Origin: Chiloscyllium plagiosum
Lineage: Eukaryota
Direction of reading: 5' to 3'
Length of the DNA stretch: 64,000 nucleotides
NCBI RefSeq assembly: GCF_004010195.1
Contig: NC_057711.1
Coordinates: forward strand, 82,517,590-82,581,589
Each line of letters opens with the position of its first letter. Within the stretch, counting starts at the first letter, position 1. Both the position numbers and the translations under genes were made by a program. Below the pieces are notes generated by a model, which ran no database searches, had not been told where the DNA came from, and worked only from the letters and a program-made list of their open reading frames with translations. Below, in pieces: positions 50,474 through 62,799 of this stretch.

Positions 50474-50870
50474 GGTGGCACGGTGGCTCTATGGTTAGCA
50501 CTGCTGCCTCACAGCACAGGGGACCCAGGTTTGATTCCAGCTTAAGGTGACCGTCTGTGTCGAGTCTGCACATTCTCCCCTTGTCAGCGTGTGTTTCCTC
50601 CGGTGCTCTGGTTTCCTCCCACAGTCCAAAGATGTGCAGGTCAGGTGAATTGGCCATGCTAAATTGCCCAAAACACTGTTGCTTGTCAGCTTTTAGTTAT
50701 CTGAAAAATGCCTGGTGCCAGGCTGTCTGAAGCATCCACTTCAAGAAGAGATCTGTAGGTTAGGTGCACTAGTCGGGGCGAATGTAGGGGAATGGATTTG
50801 GGTGGGATACTCTTAGTGTTGACTGGCTGGATCGAAGGGCCTGTTTCCACACTACAGGGATTCTATGATT
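50474..50870 (+). mobile_element. HE1-type V-SINE containing a foreign 76 bp insert
   Basis: Head ggtggcacggtggc, V-domain and tail gaagggcctgtttccacact. Interrupted at ~50668-50755. Confidence 0.88.
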
Positions 50871-51399
50871 TCAGAGTTGACAAGATAAGCTTATGAAGAN
50901 NNNNNNNNNNNNNNNNNNNNNNNNNNNNNNNNNNNNNNNNNNNNNNNNNNNNNNNNNNNNNNNNNNNNNNNNNNNNNNNNNNNNNNNNNNNNNNNNNNNN
51001 NNNNNNNNNNNNNNNNNNNNNNNNNNNNNNNNNNNNNNNNNNNNNNNNNNNNNNNNNNNNNNNNNNNNNNNNNNNNNNNNNNNNNNNNNNNNNNNNNNNN
51101 NNNNNNNNNNNNNNNNNNNNNNNNNNNNNNNNNNNNNNNNNNNNNNNNNNNNNNNNNNNNNNNNNNNNNNNNNNNNNNNNNNNNNNNNNNNNNNNNNNNN
51201 NNNNNNNNNNNNNNNNNNNNNNNNNNNNNNNNNNNNNNNNNNNNNNNNNNNNNNNNNNNNNNNNNNNNNNNNNNNNNNNNNNNNNNNNNNNNNNNNNNNN
51301 NNNNNNNNNNNNNNNNNNNNNNNNNNNNNNNNNNNNNNNNNNNNNNNNNNNNNNNNNNNNNNNNNNNNNNNNNNNNNNNNNNNNNNNNNNNNNNNNNNN

Positions 51400-51830
51400 G
51401 GTGGGGTGGCAGGTGAGGACCGGGGGTTCTGTCCTTAATGCTGGTTAGAGGGTGGGGGTGCGGACGTGGATGAGATGCGTTGGAGGGCATCTTCAGCCAC
51501 GTGGGAGGGGAAATTTCGGTCTTTAAAGAAGGAGGCTATCTGGTGTGTTCTGAGGTAGAACTGTTCCCCCTGGAAACAGATGAGGTGGAGGAATTGGGAA
51601 TACAGGATAGCATTTTTGCAGGAGGAATAGTGGGAGGAAGTGTAATCCAGGTAGCTGTGTGAGCCGGTGGGTTTGTAAGAGATGTCACTGTTGAGTCGGT
51701 CCTCGTCGATGGAATTGAAGAGGTCTAGGAAGGGGAGGGAGATGTCAGAGGTGGTCCAGGTGAATTTAAGGTAGGGGTGGAATGTGTTGGTGAAGTTGAT
51801 GAACTGTTCAACCTCCTCATGGGAGCAGTA
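51400..51830 (-). mobile_element. Penelope-like element reverse transcriptase fragment
   Basis: EEVEQFINFTNTFHPYLKFT...LPFLDL...YKPTGSHSYLDYTSSH...KNAILYSQFL, the PLE RT C-terminal/thumb motifs. Confidence 0.9.
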
Positions 51831-52029
51831 AGGCCTTTGATAAAGTTCCACATGGTAGGTTGGTCTGGAAGGTTGGATTCCATGGAATCCAGGGTGAGCT
51901 GCCAAATTGGATACGAAATTGGCTTGGTGGTAGTAAGCAGAGGGTAATAATGGAAGGATGCTTGTTGTACTGGAGGCCTGTGACTAGTGGAGTGCCTCAG
52001 GGATCAGTGTTGGGTCCATTATTGTTGTT

Positions 52030-52135
52030 GCTGGAAAAGCGCAGCAGGTCATGCAGCATCAAAGGAGCAGGAGAATCAACGTTTTGGGCATAAGCCCTTC
52101 TTCCTGAATCTCTAGCATCTGCAGTCCTCACTTTC
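52030..52135. mobile_element. Penelope-derived short insert with 15 bp TSD
   Basis: Flanked by TCCATTATTGTTGTT at 52015-52029 and 52136-52150. Confidence 0.85.
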
Positions 52136-52617
52136 TCCATTATTGTTGTTACCTAAATCAATGATTTGGATGAGAATGTACAAGGTATGATTTAAGTAAG
52201 TTTGCAGATGACACTAAAATAGGTGGTATCATGGACAGTGGGAAAGATTATCAGAAATTGTGACAGGACCTTGATAGCTGGGGAAGTGGGCTGAGAAGTA
52301 TCAAATAGTGTTCAATTTAGATAAGTGTGAGGTCTTGCATTTTGGAAAATCAAATCAAGGGAGGAGTTTTCTGATGCATGGTAGGGCATTAAGGAGTGTA
52401 GTGGAACAGAGGGACCTTGGAGTTCAGGTGCACGGTCCTCCGAAAGTGGAGTCACAGGTAGACAGAGCAGTGAAAATGGTTTTTGGCATATTGGCCTTTG
52501 TCAGTCAAAGCATTGAGTAAAGAAGTTGGGTAGTTATTTGGAGTTGTACAGGACGTTGGTGAGGCTGCACTTGGAGCAGTGTGTTCAGTTCTGGTCACCT
52601 TGCTATAGGAAGGATGT

Positions 52618-52831
52618 GGGAGAAAGTGAGAACTGCAGATGCTGGAGTTCAGAGTCAAAAAGTGTGGTGCTGGAAAAGCACAGCTGGTCAGGCATCATCA
52701 GGAGCAGGAGTGTCAACGTTTCGAGCATTAGCTCTTCATCAGGAAGAGCTTATGCTTGAAACGTCGACTCTCCTGCTCCTCAGATGCTGCCTGACCGGTT
52801 GTCCTTTTCCAGCAACATACATTTGTACTCC
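52618..52831. mobile_element. Fold-back Penelope-derived insert with 13 bp TSD and a minus-strand hammerhead core
   Basis: Flanked by ATAGGAAGGATGT at 52605-52617 and 52832-52844. Minus strand 52743-52713 reads CCTGATGAAGAGCTAATGCTCGAAACGTTGA. Confidence 0.85.
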
Positions 52832-54784
52832 ATAGGAAGGATGTTATTGAACTGAAAAGACTGCAGAAGAAATTTACAAGGATGTTGCCAGGACTTGAGG
52901 ATCTGAGTTATAGGGAGAGGTTGGACAAGCTAGGACCTTTTTCTTTAGAGCGTAGGAGACTGAACTGGGATCTTTCAGAGGTGTATAAGAGCTTGAGAAG
53001 CATGGATAGGGTGAATGCACCTAGTCGTTTTCCCAGGATTGGGGAATCGAAGACGACAGGGCATCCCTTTAAGATACAGGGGAAAGAATAAAAGGGAACC
53101 AGAGGGGCAATTATTTTACACAGAGGATGATATGCATTTGGAACGAGCTGCCAGGGAAAGTGGTTGAGGTGGATACATTAACAACATTTTAAAGGCATTT
53201 GGACAAATACTTAGATAGGAAAGGTTTTGTTGTATATGGGCCAACTGCATGGAAATGGGGTTAGTGTAAGTAGTCATTTTGGTTAGCATGGACGAGTTTG
53301 GGCCAAAAGACCTGTCCCCATGCTGTAGGACTCTATGACTCTATCGAAGACACTAATTGTGCTGTATCTTATATGAAACCCTGTAGATATCAGCAGGCGA
53401 AATGGAGTAATTTGTCATCAGTATCTTGTTAAATTAACTCTTTCCTTTACACAAGGAATGAAAGGAGGACATGAGCGTGGACAATTAAACCACAATTACT
53501 GCAAATGTAGGGACACAAGAAGAAAGTGTATTCCTTCATTTTCCCATGACCCTCCCACCACCTCATTCACCCCTTCTCCAAAAGGTAGTTATTCTTACTC
53601 TGAACCTCTCAGATTGACTGTTGCATCAGACAACCTATGTACCCTCTCTCACAGTTTCTACGTCATCCAATTTATACCTTCCATTTAAGTGGCGGCATGT
53701 GGTTTGCAAAATCTTGCCCATGAAAGTAGCAGTTGATGGTCACTATTGTGCAAAAACTGCAGGCTTTTGATTCAGTACCTTCCAAGCATGTTCAAACTAT
53801 ACATTCAGCACTTAGGACCAAAATATTGCATGCTAAAATCAAATTTTCAAACTACAGTATTTAATTATCACTGCACCACTTTTAGTGCCTATTATCACCC
53901 TATTGTCAAAATAACTCACTGGCCCTCTGAGATTCAGTAATCGTTGTATTTCAACTGAGTGGCCAACCTCAAGTGAGTCCAGAGATTGAATATGGGAATG
54001 AAATTTGAACATTAAAAGGTCATCACAGCAAAGTTTAAATCTCATTCTCACTTGGCATCCACACAATGTTTTATTTTGTAGCATTTACTCAATAAATTGT
54101 CAACAGCAGGAACTTTGCTCCCCCCTATTACATTAGAGATACTAAGACTTGTACCAGTAGTTCTCCTATAACAAGGTACTGTAGTTGTGTTCCCGTGCAA
54201 CACCAAATTATAGAAAATCATCCAATATAAATAGTGGGACCTATTGGATAAATAGGGTGAGAGGCAAATCACCACAAATATGAGTAAAAATCCAAACAAA
54301 AATAGTGGTTAGTCTAACACAAACAATAGCACACTCTACGTAAATTTTTAAATCCTATTTTAAATAATACAGTAAATATAACACTTTAACATTAAAATCA
54401 CTGACTACATCACTGTACCTTTCACAAAGCTCTTCACCAGAAAGTGCATGAGCTGACTGATGCTGTTGCAGAAGTCCAGTCCTCAAGATTCTTCCCCAGT
54501 TTGAAACAGAGTTCCTTCAAACTACAATTTCCAGTTTCAAGCTAAGTTTCAAGGCTTGCAGAGCTGATTGCACTTCTATTTTAACTGAACGCACTGAATT
54601 TGCATTTTGCAGACAGGATCTTGAGGCTATGTTTTGCTGTTTGGATAAGTGCCGGGGATGGAATCATGTAACAGCGAATGGGAGTTCACTTTCCAGAAAA
54701 GGGGCCTGCAATCCACTAATTGCGGTGCAGCCAAATTGTGTTTAATAAATGCTCGTTTTAGGAGAATTACCTGTATTCTGACTA

Positions 54785-55385
54785 AGAGCACTGAGTATAG
54801 ATGTTGGGAGGTCATGTTACGGCTGTACAGGACATTGGTCAGGCCACTTTTGGAATATTGTGTGCAATTCTGGTATCTCTCCTATAGGAAAGATGTTGTG
54901 AAACTTCAAAGGGTTCAGAAAATATTTACAAGGTTGTTGCCAGGGTTGGAGGGTTTGAGCTATAGAGAGTGGCTGAATATGCTGGGGCTATGTTCAGTCC
55001 AGCATCAGAGGCTGAGGGGTGACCTTCTATAGGTTTATAAAATCCTAAGGGGCATGGATAAGATGAATAGACAATGTTTTCCCTGGAGTGTGGAAATCCA
55101 GCATTAGAGGGCATAAGTTAAGGATGAGAGGGGAATGATTTAAAAGGGACCAAAAGGGCAACTTTTTCACACAAAAGGTGGCACATGCATGCAATGAGCT
55201 ATCAGAGGAAGTGGTGGAGACTGGTATAATTACAACATTTAAAAGACATCTGGATGGATACATGAATAGGAAGGGTTTAGCGGGATATGGGCCAAGTGCT
55301 GGCAAATGATTGATTTAAGTTATCTGGTCGGCACGCATGAGTTGGACTGAAGAGTCTGTTTCTGAGCTGTACATCTCTATGACTT
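54785..55385 (+). mobile_element. CR1 LINE 3' end
   Basis: YRTLVRPLLEYCVQFW...RLRGDL, followed by the tail ctgtacatctctatgac. Confidence 0.9.
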
Positions 55386-55805
55386 ATTATTTCATTTACG
55401 TGGACTAAGAACAGGCTTGTTCAACAGACAACCCACAGGCTGCAGTAACCAAAGTTTGTCTTCTTTATCTGCCACTGGGGTTCTAATTAAGGCAAGTAGA
55501 ACTGGATGGTTTTGAGGATATGCTTCTTGAATCAGTTTCTCTCCTGTATTTGCTGATCATTTACTCTGAGTGAGAGAAAAATTGAAATTTGCTGCTCTCC
55601 CTTGCTCCCATGAGAAAAGGTTGGACAAACCCACTCAAAAGGATTTAATCTTCATCATATCTTGCACTGTCTTTTACTCCGATTTGATTTATTTTGGGTT
55701 CATTTGGTTTTGTTAATGAGTGTTAATTTGTTGTTAATTCTTCTCATCTGATACAATTGCTACCACTTTGGCTAATCTTTGCCAGTTTTGGGTCAGTCAC
55801 TTATT

Positions 55806-56011
55806 GGCGAAAGTGAGGACTGCAGATACTAGGGATTAGAGTTGAGAGTGTGGTGCTGGAAAAGCATAGTAAGTCGGGCAGCATCCAAGGAGCAGGAGAA
55901 TCAACGTTTCGGGCAAAAGCCCCTCATCCCTGATGAAGGGCTTTTGCCTGAAATGTCGATTCTTCTGCTCCTTGGATGCTGCCTGACCTGCTGTGCTTTT
56001 CCAGCACCACA
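55806..56011. mobile_element. Fold-back Penelope-derived element with hammerhead-like cores on both strands
   Basis: ...aatcaacgtttcgggcaaaagcccctcatc|cctgatgaagggcttttgcctgaaatgtcgatt..., with arms extending to gtggtgctggaaaagca / tgctttccagcaccac. Confidence 0.8.
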
Positions 56012-58891
56012 TCACTATTATAGTCTACATTCTTTAATACTCAATATTCACTCACGATGAAGCTTTTGTTAAAGATATAATTGTCACCAAAACAATCTAG
56101 ACTAGGACTTAAGTAATAGTTCAAGAAATTCAGTCTGTATACTGCTGTGAATCATTGCATAGTATAGCACCGAAAATGACTTTGAAAGAGGAGCAATTAA
56201 TCCCACTTGGCTGATCTTTTCCCACAGAGTGCATCTTCTGCATTTTATTTGCTTGCTTGTTCATTTACAGTAGTTTTGGCAAGTCTATTCTCTTAAAACT
56301 TAGAGCGAAACAATTACTGTAGTTTAGTGGAGAGGGTAAAGCTAACCAAGCCTCTGTTGACAAAGTCTGTTTTCATGTTATTGTGTTTCTAGTGCTTGTT
56401 CTGTGAAAGATAGTATCTTCAGAATCCACCTGTGCTCATTGTAAAGACAACCATGTCAGGGAGAATAAAGCGTTACAAATTATATTTGGCATATGTGTTT
56501 TTTCTAAATATCAAATTTTAGTAAATGGCATGGCTGGATTTGAACCTATCACATCAGCCTGGGTTTCTGGATTACCAACATCATCACTGTACCACCACTT
56601 CCCCTTTTCTCCTTAGCTAGGATGCAAAGTGAACTCATTCATTTGTTGTTCATCTGAGAACTGGGTTAACCCTTCCTTGAGTAAGAATGAAGTTGAAAAT
56701 AAAATTCTTAAAACAGAGGACCTGATAGGTTGGATTTTAAGAAATCTCACACACTCACACACACACACACACACAAACAGCTGGATGTGTTTTCAGTGGT
56801 GTGTACAGCATATAAAATTCAAGGGGATACATGCCACTGCCGTCCTGTTCAAGTCCCTATAAATATGTTGGATACTTGTATAACAAAATGGATTTTCTGT
56901 CTTTGATTTTTGTATCTTCTAATCCATTGTTCAGGGATGTTATTACGGATCTCTGAAACATCTGGAACTTCAACCCAGGCCTCCTGGCTTAGAGGTAGGG
57001 ACACCATTACTGCTGTACAAGAAAATTTCCTCTCTCCATTTAAAAAAAAATTAATGGTTAGTTGAGCCTGTTGCCAATGAGTCAATTGATCCATATTTCA
57101 TGCTGCCGATGCCATAAAATGGCTACGTAGGAAAAAAAGTGGGTAACCTGCTTTTGAAAAACAGGAAGGAGGTGGGGAGTACAGCATTTCAGGGTGTGCC
57201 CTTCGTGATTGGCAGACCCCCCCACCCCACAGGTATTACCTCCACTTACTCCTCCTGTCCTGATTTTCAAAACCCATTCCCACCTCTGTTCCTAAATTGC
57301 CCAACCCACTCTTGCCTTAAAGCCCTGAATTTTCCTGGTTGTAGAGCTATTGAATTTTTTTTTTTGAGGACCTTTGTCCAGTACCCACTATTGAGTTCTT
57401 GTAGAGTAGCTGGCAACTCTTGAGGACAAGATTTCCTCCCACTCTCACTTTGTTTGGTCTACTGGCAATAAATTATCACAGCTGTGACTCTTACAATTAT
57501 GAAAAGTGGGGAATGCTATTAGGGTTAACTTCAACAGCACTCAAGAATCTCAAAACCATCAAGATAAATTAACCTACTTGGTTAGCTTCCCATCTAGCAC
57601 CTTTGTTACTCACTCCATTCACCAGTAATGTACAAAAATTGTTGTTCCATCACTATTTTTAAGTTAAAATGCTGGAACTCCCCCTTAACAGCACTGTTTT
57701 TACACCGTCCATGACTGGAGCCAGTCAAGAAGGCAGCATACCATCACTGTCTCCAAAACAATTAAGATACTCCAGCCAGTGATGCCCACATTTCATGGAC
57801 AAATATTTTAAAAATTCAGTTCAGAAGAAAAGCCATACCAGACTTGAAACAAAGACAGAAATTACTGGCAAAACTCAAAACCTCTGACAGCGTCTTTGGG
57901 GAGAATATGGGATTAATGTTTTGAGTCAGTGACTCTTTATCAGAATTGATGCCCCTCAGATGTTTCCACACTAGCAGCGATTTCAGAACTCCAGCATCTG
58001 CACTTCTTCGTTTTATTTCAGATTTGAAACATTAAGTCTGTTTTTCTCTCACCACAGAGATGCCAGGCCTATAGTTTCTCTAGCGTTTTCTGCTTTAGAA
58101 AAAGGTATGCTCACTTTAAAAAAAATTATAAAGCTTCATTAATTTATTGGTTATGTCACTTCTGCGGCAAAATGAAACATCCAAAGAAATGGTAGAAATA
58201 ATTTTATGATCGTGTTTATGAGATATAATATTTTGTTTTTATACTTTTGATTATATATAGTGTTTTCTTCCTTATAGACCTCCATTGAGGTTTTTCTGTT
58301 ATATTTATGAAAAAGTTATTGGGAAATATGATGTTCATTTGGTAAATGCACTGCCCACTGTGAAACACATTGAAAGAAGTTCCTTCTCTTCGGGCATTGT
58401 TGTCAACCCACAGCACATGGACTCCAGCAGTTTAAGAAGTAGCCTTGTCAAGTGCTATTAAGGATGAACAATAAATGCTAGCCAACCAGTGATGGCCATG
58501 TCCCACGCATGACTGAAAGAAAGACTGGATGAGTTTAGAACAGTAGAAATTGGAACAATGCCTGCTAATCTCATCAACACTTGTTAATGGGAATGGTGAT
58601 GCTGAATAGAACAATTTACATTGAGACAGCACAGTTCATCTCAACAAGCTGTCACAAATCAGAAGGTTGCAATGTTTGCTAATTACATCCATACTTGTTA
58701 ATTGCAGCGGCATTGTTAAATGAATAGGAAATTTTACATTGAAATAGAACAGTTATTTATAGCAAACTGACATCTCTTTGACTCTATGATCCAAGCCAGA
58801 CTGGTAGTGAACATAAGATGGAATGAAGTCTGTATATGTGAAGACCAATGGATGTCAATTTGGGAATGAACTAACTAACCAACATTGAATC

Positions 58892-59041
58892 TCATCTCAT
58901 GATATGAAGATGCCGGTGTTGGACTGGGATGTACAAAGTTAAAAATCACACAACACCAGGTTTAATTGGAAGCACTAGCTTTCGGGGCGCAGCGCTCCGA
59001 AAGCTAGTGCTTCCAATTAAACCTGGTGTTGTGTGATTTTT
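58892..59041. mobile_element. Near-perfect palindromic Penelope-derived insert with 11 bp flanking direct repeat
   Basis: 58938-59044 is a 53 bp-arm palindrome with one mismatch. AACATTGAATC occurs at 58881-58891 and 59042-59052. Confidence 0.85.
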
Positions 59042-59751
59042 AACATTGAATCCTAGATTCAATCACATTCGGAATGTGTGAGGAAACCTGCTTTGGTTGA
59101 AAATAAACTGAAACACTATTTCTGACGGGGTGGGAGGTTGGGAAGTGTTGAGGACCAAAGGGACCCGAGTTTCCTAGTTCATGAATCAACAAAAACTAGC
59201 ATGCAGATACAGCAGTCGACTGAACTACAGTAGTCAAGGAAATCAATTGATATGCTAACCGCCGCCTTCAAGATGCAGATGGAGTAGGACTCCTGAGCCA
59301 GGGCTAGTCTGCTCCGACAGTTTTACTTTTCTTTTTCTCTCTTTTCCTCTTGTCCTGAGCTCAGACAGCATTGGTGGCAGTAAGGGATCCCAGCACAAAC
59401 TCATGGCAGTGGTGAATGAGCCCAGAGCAGACTCAAGTGAGCACTTGCTTTTCAGGGGCAAGCATGGAATCTGGCATCAGAATTGGCAGCTGCTACATTG
59501 GTGGAGGTGACATTAACCAGGTAGGACCAGCAGTGAAAGGTAGTGCCTGAGGATCAGCGACTTCATTGGCTGAGTCCGGTGTTGGTGGCAGTGGGGCGAT
59601 GGCAGAATGGCATCACTGTAACTTTGAGGTGGGCCCAGTAGCGAGCGATGTGACTCTGGTGTTGGAGGGTCCGGCCCAAGTGGTGGCATGGTAGTAGCGG
59701 TGAACTGACCCAGTGATAAAAGATGGTGCTTGAAGAATGGAGACTTTAATG

Positions 59752-60662
59752 TTATAGAGTCATAGAGATGTACAGCATGGAAACAGACCCTTTGGTCCAA
59801 CCTGTCCACACCGACCAGATATCCACCTGCCAGCACCTGGCCCACATTCCTCCAAACCCTTCCTATTCATATAGCCATCCAAATGCCTCTTAAACGTTGC
59901 AATTGTACCAGCCTCCACCATATCCTCTGGCAGCTCATTCCATACACGTACCACCCTCTGCATGAAAAAGTCACCCCCTGGGTCTCTTTTAAATCTTTCC
60001 CCTCTCAAACTAAACCTATGCCCTCTAGTTCTGGACTCCCCGATCCAAGGGAAAAGACTTTGTCTATTTATCCTATCCATGCTCCTCATAATTTTGTAGT
60101 CTCTATAAAGTCATCCCTAAGCCTCCAACGCTCCAGGGAAAATAGCCCCAGCCTGTTCAGCCTCTCCCTATAGCTCAAATCCTCCAAACTGGCAACATGC
60201 TTGTAAATCTTTTCTGAACCCTTTCAAGTTTCACAACATCTTTCCGATAGGAAGGAGACCAGAATTGCATGCAATATTCCAACAGTAGCCTAACCNNNNN
60301 NNNNNNNNNNNNNNNNNNNNNNNNNNNNNNNNNAAGTCCTGCTAAGATTTGCTTTCCCAAAATGCAGCACCTCGCATTTATCAGAATTGAACTCCATCTG
60401 CCACTTCTCAGCCCATTGGCCCATCTGGTCAAGATCCTGTTGTATCTGAGGTAACCCTCTTCGCTGTCCACTACACCTCCAATTTTGGTGTCATCTGCAA
60501 ACTTACTAACTGTACCTCTTTTATGCTCGCATCCAAATCATTTATGTAAATGACAAAAACTAGAGGACCCAGCACCGATCCTTGTGGCACTCCAATGGTC
60601 ACAGGCCTCCAGTCTCAAAAACAACCCTCCACCACCACCCTCTGTCTTCTACCTTTGAGCCA
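59752..60662 (-). mobile_element. CR1 LINE 3' half
   Basis: VRLLLEYCMQFWSPSYRKDVVKLERVQKRFT, and the tail tcatagagatgtacagcatggaaacagaccc. Confidence 0.9.
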
Positions 60663-61843
60663 ATGTTGTTTGCATCTAGTATAGATGGCAGTGAGATGGT
60701 AGAGGAGAGATCGTGGCACAGGAATCACTGATGATGAGCTAGCTCAGAACCAATGGACTTTTTATGCCTTACCTGTCTATTTCATTTCTTATTCATAAAC
60801 TATTTAAAATGGTACCAAATCATGGTGACAGTGAAAAGCTTTTCACTGTATTTTAATATTTTCCCCACTAAAATACACGTGACAATAAAATCATTCATTC
60901 ATTCGTGGGAATTGAGTAGAGGAATAAAGCAGTCTTGCTGCAATTGCATGGAATATCATTAATATTGCAGCCAAGATTATGCACAGTTTTGGTCTCCTTA
61001 TCTAAGAAAGATTGTATTTATAAATGTCTGTTACACTCACTCTATGACCAGCATAACCCATGAATTAGTGGGATTGTCTATAAAAAGAGATTGAGAATAC
61101 TGAGCATGCATTATCTAGATTTTCAAAGAATAAAAGGTTATCACATTGAAACTACAAAATTCTTACAGGATGTGAAAATACCCCATAGAGTTTTCCCCGC
61201 TGATGAGTCGAAAACCAGGGAGGATAATCTCCGAATGTGTAAGACTGAGATGAAGAGGAATCTATTCACTCAGAGTGATGATTCTTTGGAATTCTCTCTC
61301 TGAGGTCGCTGGATGCTCAAGCATGTTCAGTACAGAAATTGATTAATTTCTGGATACTAATAACACTGTGGGATATGAAGATGGTTGACAACAATGGTGC
61401 AGCCAATGATGTTTGGCCATGATCTGTTTGAGTGGTGGAGCAGGCTCAGTGGGCTGATTGATCTATTCTTGTTCCTATGCAGTAGCAACAATGTTTATAT
61501 TAAGAACTTTGCCGAGCAAAAATGATACTGTTTAGTTAGTATTTAAAGGCAGCAGGCTGAACTGAGTTAAGTAATTTCACAAAAAGTTATTATTAACAAA
61601 GAGTTGCCTCGATGATCTGATGCTGAAAGGCATAACAGCATAAATTGTTAAATCCTCATATTCATAGATTCATTGAGATATACATCACAGAAATAGACAC
61701 TTCAGTCCAACTCCTCCAGGCTGACCAGAAATCCTATATAAGTCTTATTTGCCATATCCCTTTAAACCCTTCCTATTCATACACCCCTCATTTGTTATCA
61801 CTAAGCAGGTCTGAAGAGGAAAACAAAGGGATGAAAACTTAAG

Positions 61844-62037
61844 GATAAAAGCAAATTACTGCGGATGCTGGAATCTGAAACCAAAAGAGAAAATACTGGA
61901 AAATCTCAGCAGGTCTGGCAGCATCTGTCAGGAGAGAAAAGAGCTGACAAAGGGTCAGTTAGACTCGAAACGTCAGCTCTTTTCTCTCCTTACAGATGCT
62001 GCCAGACCAGCTGAGATTTTCCAGCATTTTCTCTTTT
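61844..62037. mobile_element. Fold-back Penelope-derived insert with 16 bp TSD
   Basis: Flanked by GGGATGAAAACTTAAG at 61828-61843 and 62038-62053. Arms ccaaaagagaaaat..ctggaaaatctcagc...gagagaaaagagctgac / gtcagctcttttctctc...gctgagattttccagcattttctcttttgg. Confidence 0.9.
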
Positions 62038-62799
62038 GGGATGAAAACTTAAGTTTTTAAAAATATTTTGACATTCTTAACAAACTAGAGAGGTCACTGA
62101 AATGAATGATGTAAACTGCGATTCTGATTATGTGTATACCAAAGAAAGAGACACTCTTATTTGACATAACTCTTTGATGTCAACGTGTATTCACAGATAA
62201 TTACCAGACTTTTATGAAAACCAATAGCCATTAAATTTAAAAAGAATAGTCATAAGCATTTATTTTCTGTTAATCATGTAGATCAATGTTGGACTCAAAT
62301 TTGAATTGTTTCTGATTTCATCTTTGTATCGTGCTGCCAATTTAAATTGCCAACTAATAACTGAATGTTGTATTATTTTTGTTGTACCGTTGCTGAACAT
62401 GGTAGGAATAGATATTATTATTGTTATGAATAGCCAGTTATCTTTACACCATCAGGAGCCATAAAATGTCCACCATTCTCGAACTGATGGTGCACGGCAT
62501 CCGTGGTGAATCACTGCAACATAATAGAACTGTGTAGCAGTGATGCAAATGGGTGAATAAAAAGCCTTTTTAAAAAAATATCTAATGTGCTAAAGAATCA
62601 ATATGTGGAAAAGTAATATTTTGTAAATCTGTCCGTTTATTGGTGTACTATTTATTTTAACATTTTAAAATTAAAGGGTTCTAGATGGATGTTTTCTTAA
62701 AGAAGGAATGTTTTCCTGTAGCCTCCAGAAATAACATAATGTGCATAAAATTCAGTTGTCTCAAATTATTCAACATGCCTGTCTCTTCAAAACTGAGGT

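Larger units (their letters stand above)
51832..53345 (+). mobile_element. CR1 LINE 3' half (RT), interrupted by two Penelope-derived inserts
   Basis: [36 protein letters not shown] and QFWSP motifs. 3' tail ends actctatgactctat. Confidence 0.92.

Noticed and set aside
51435..51905. 156 aa ORF as a single gene
   Set aside because: It is a chance read-through from antisense CR1 sequence (>51830) into a Penelope RT fragment.
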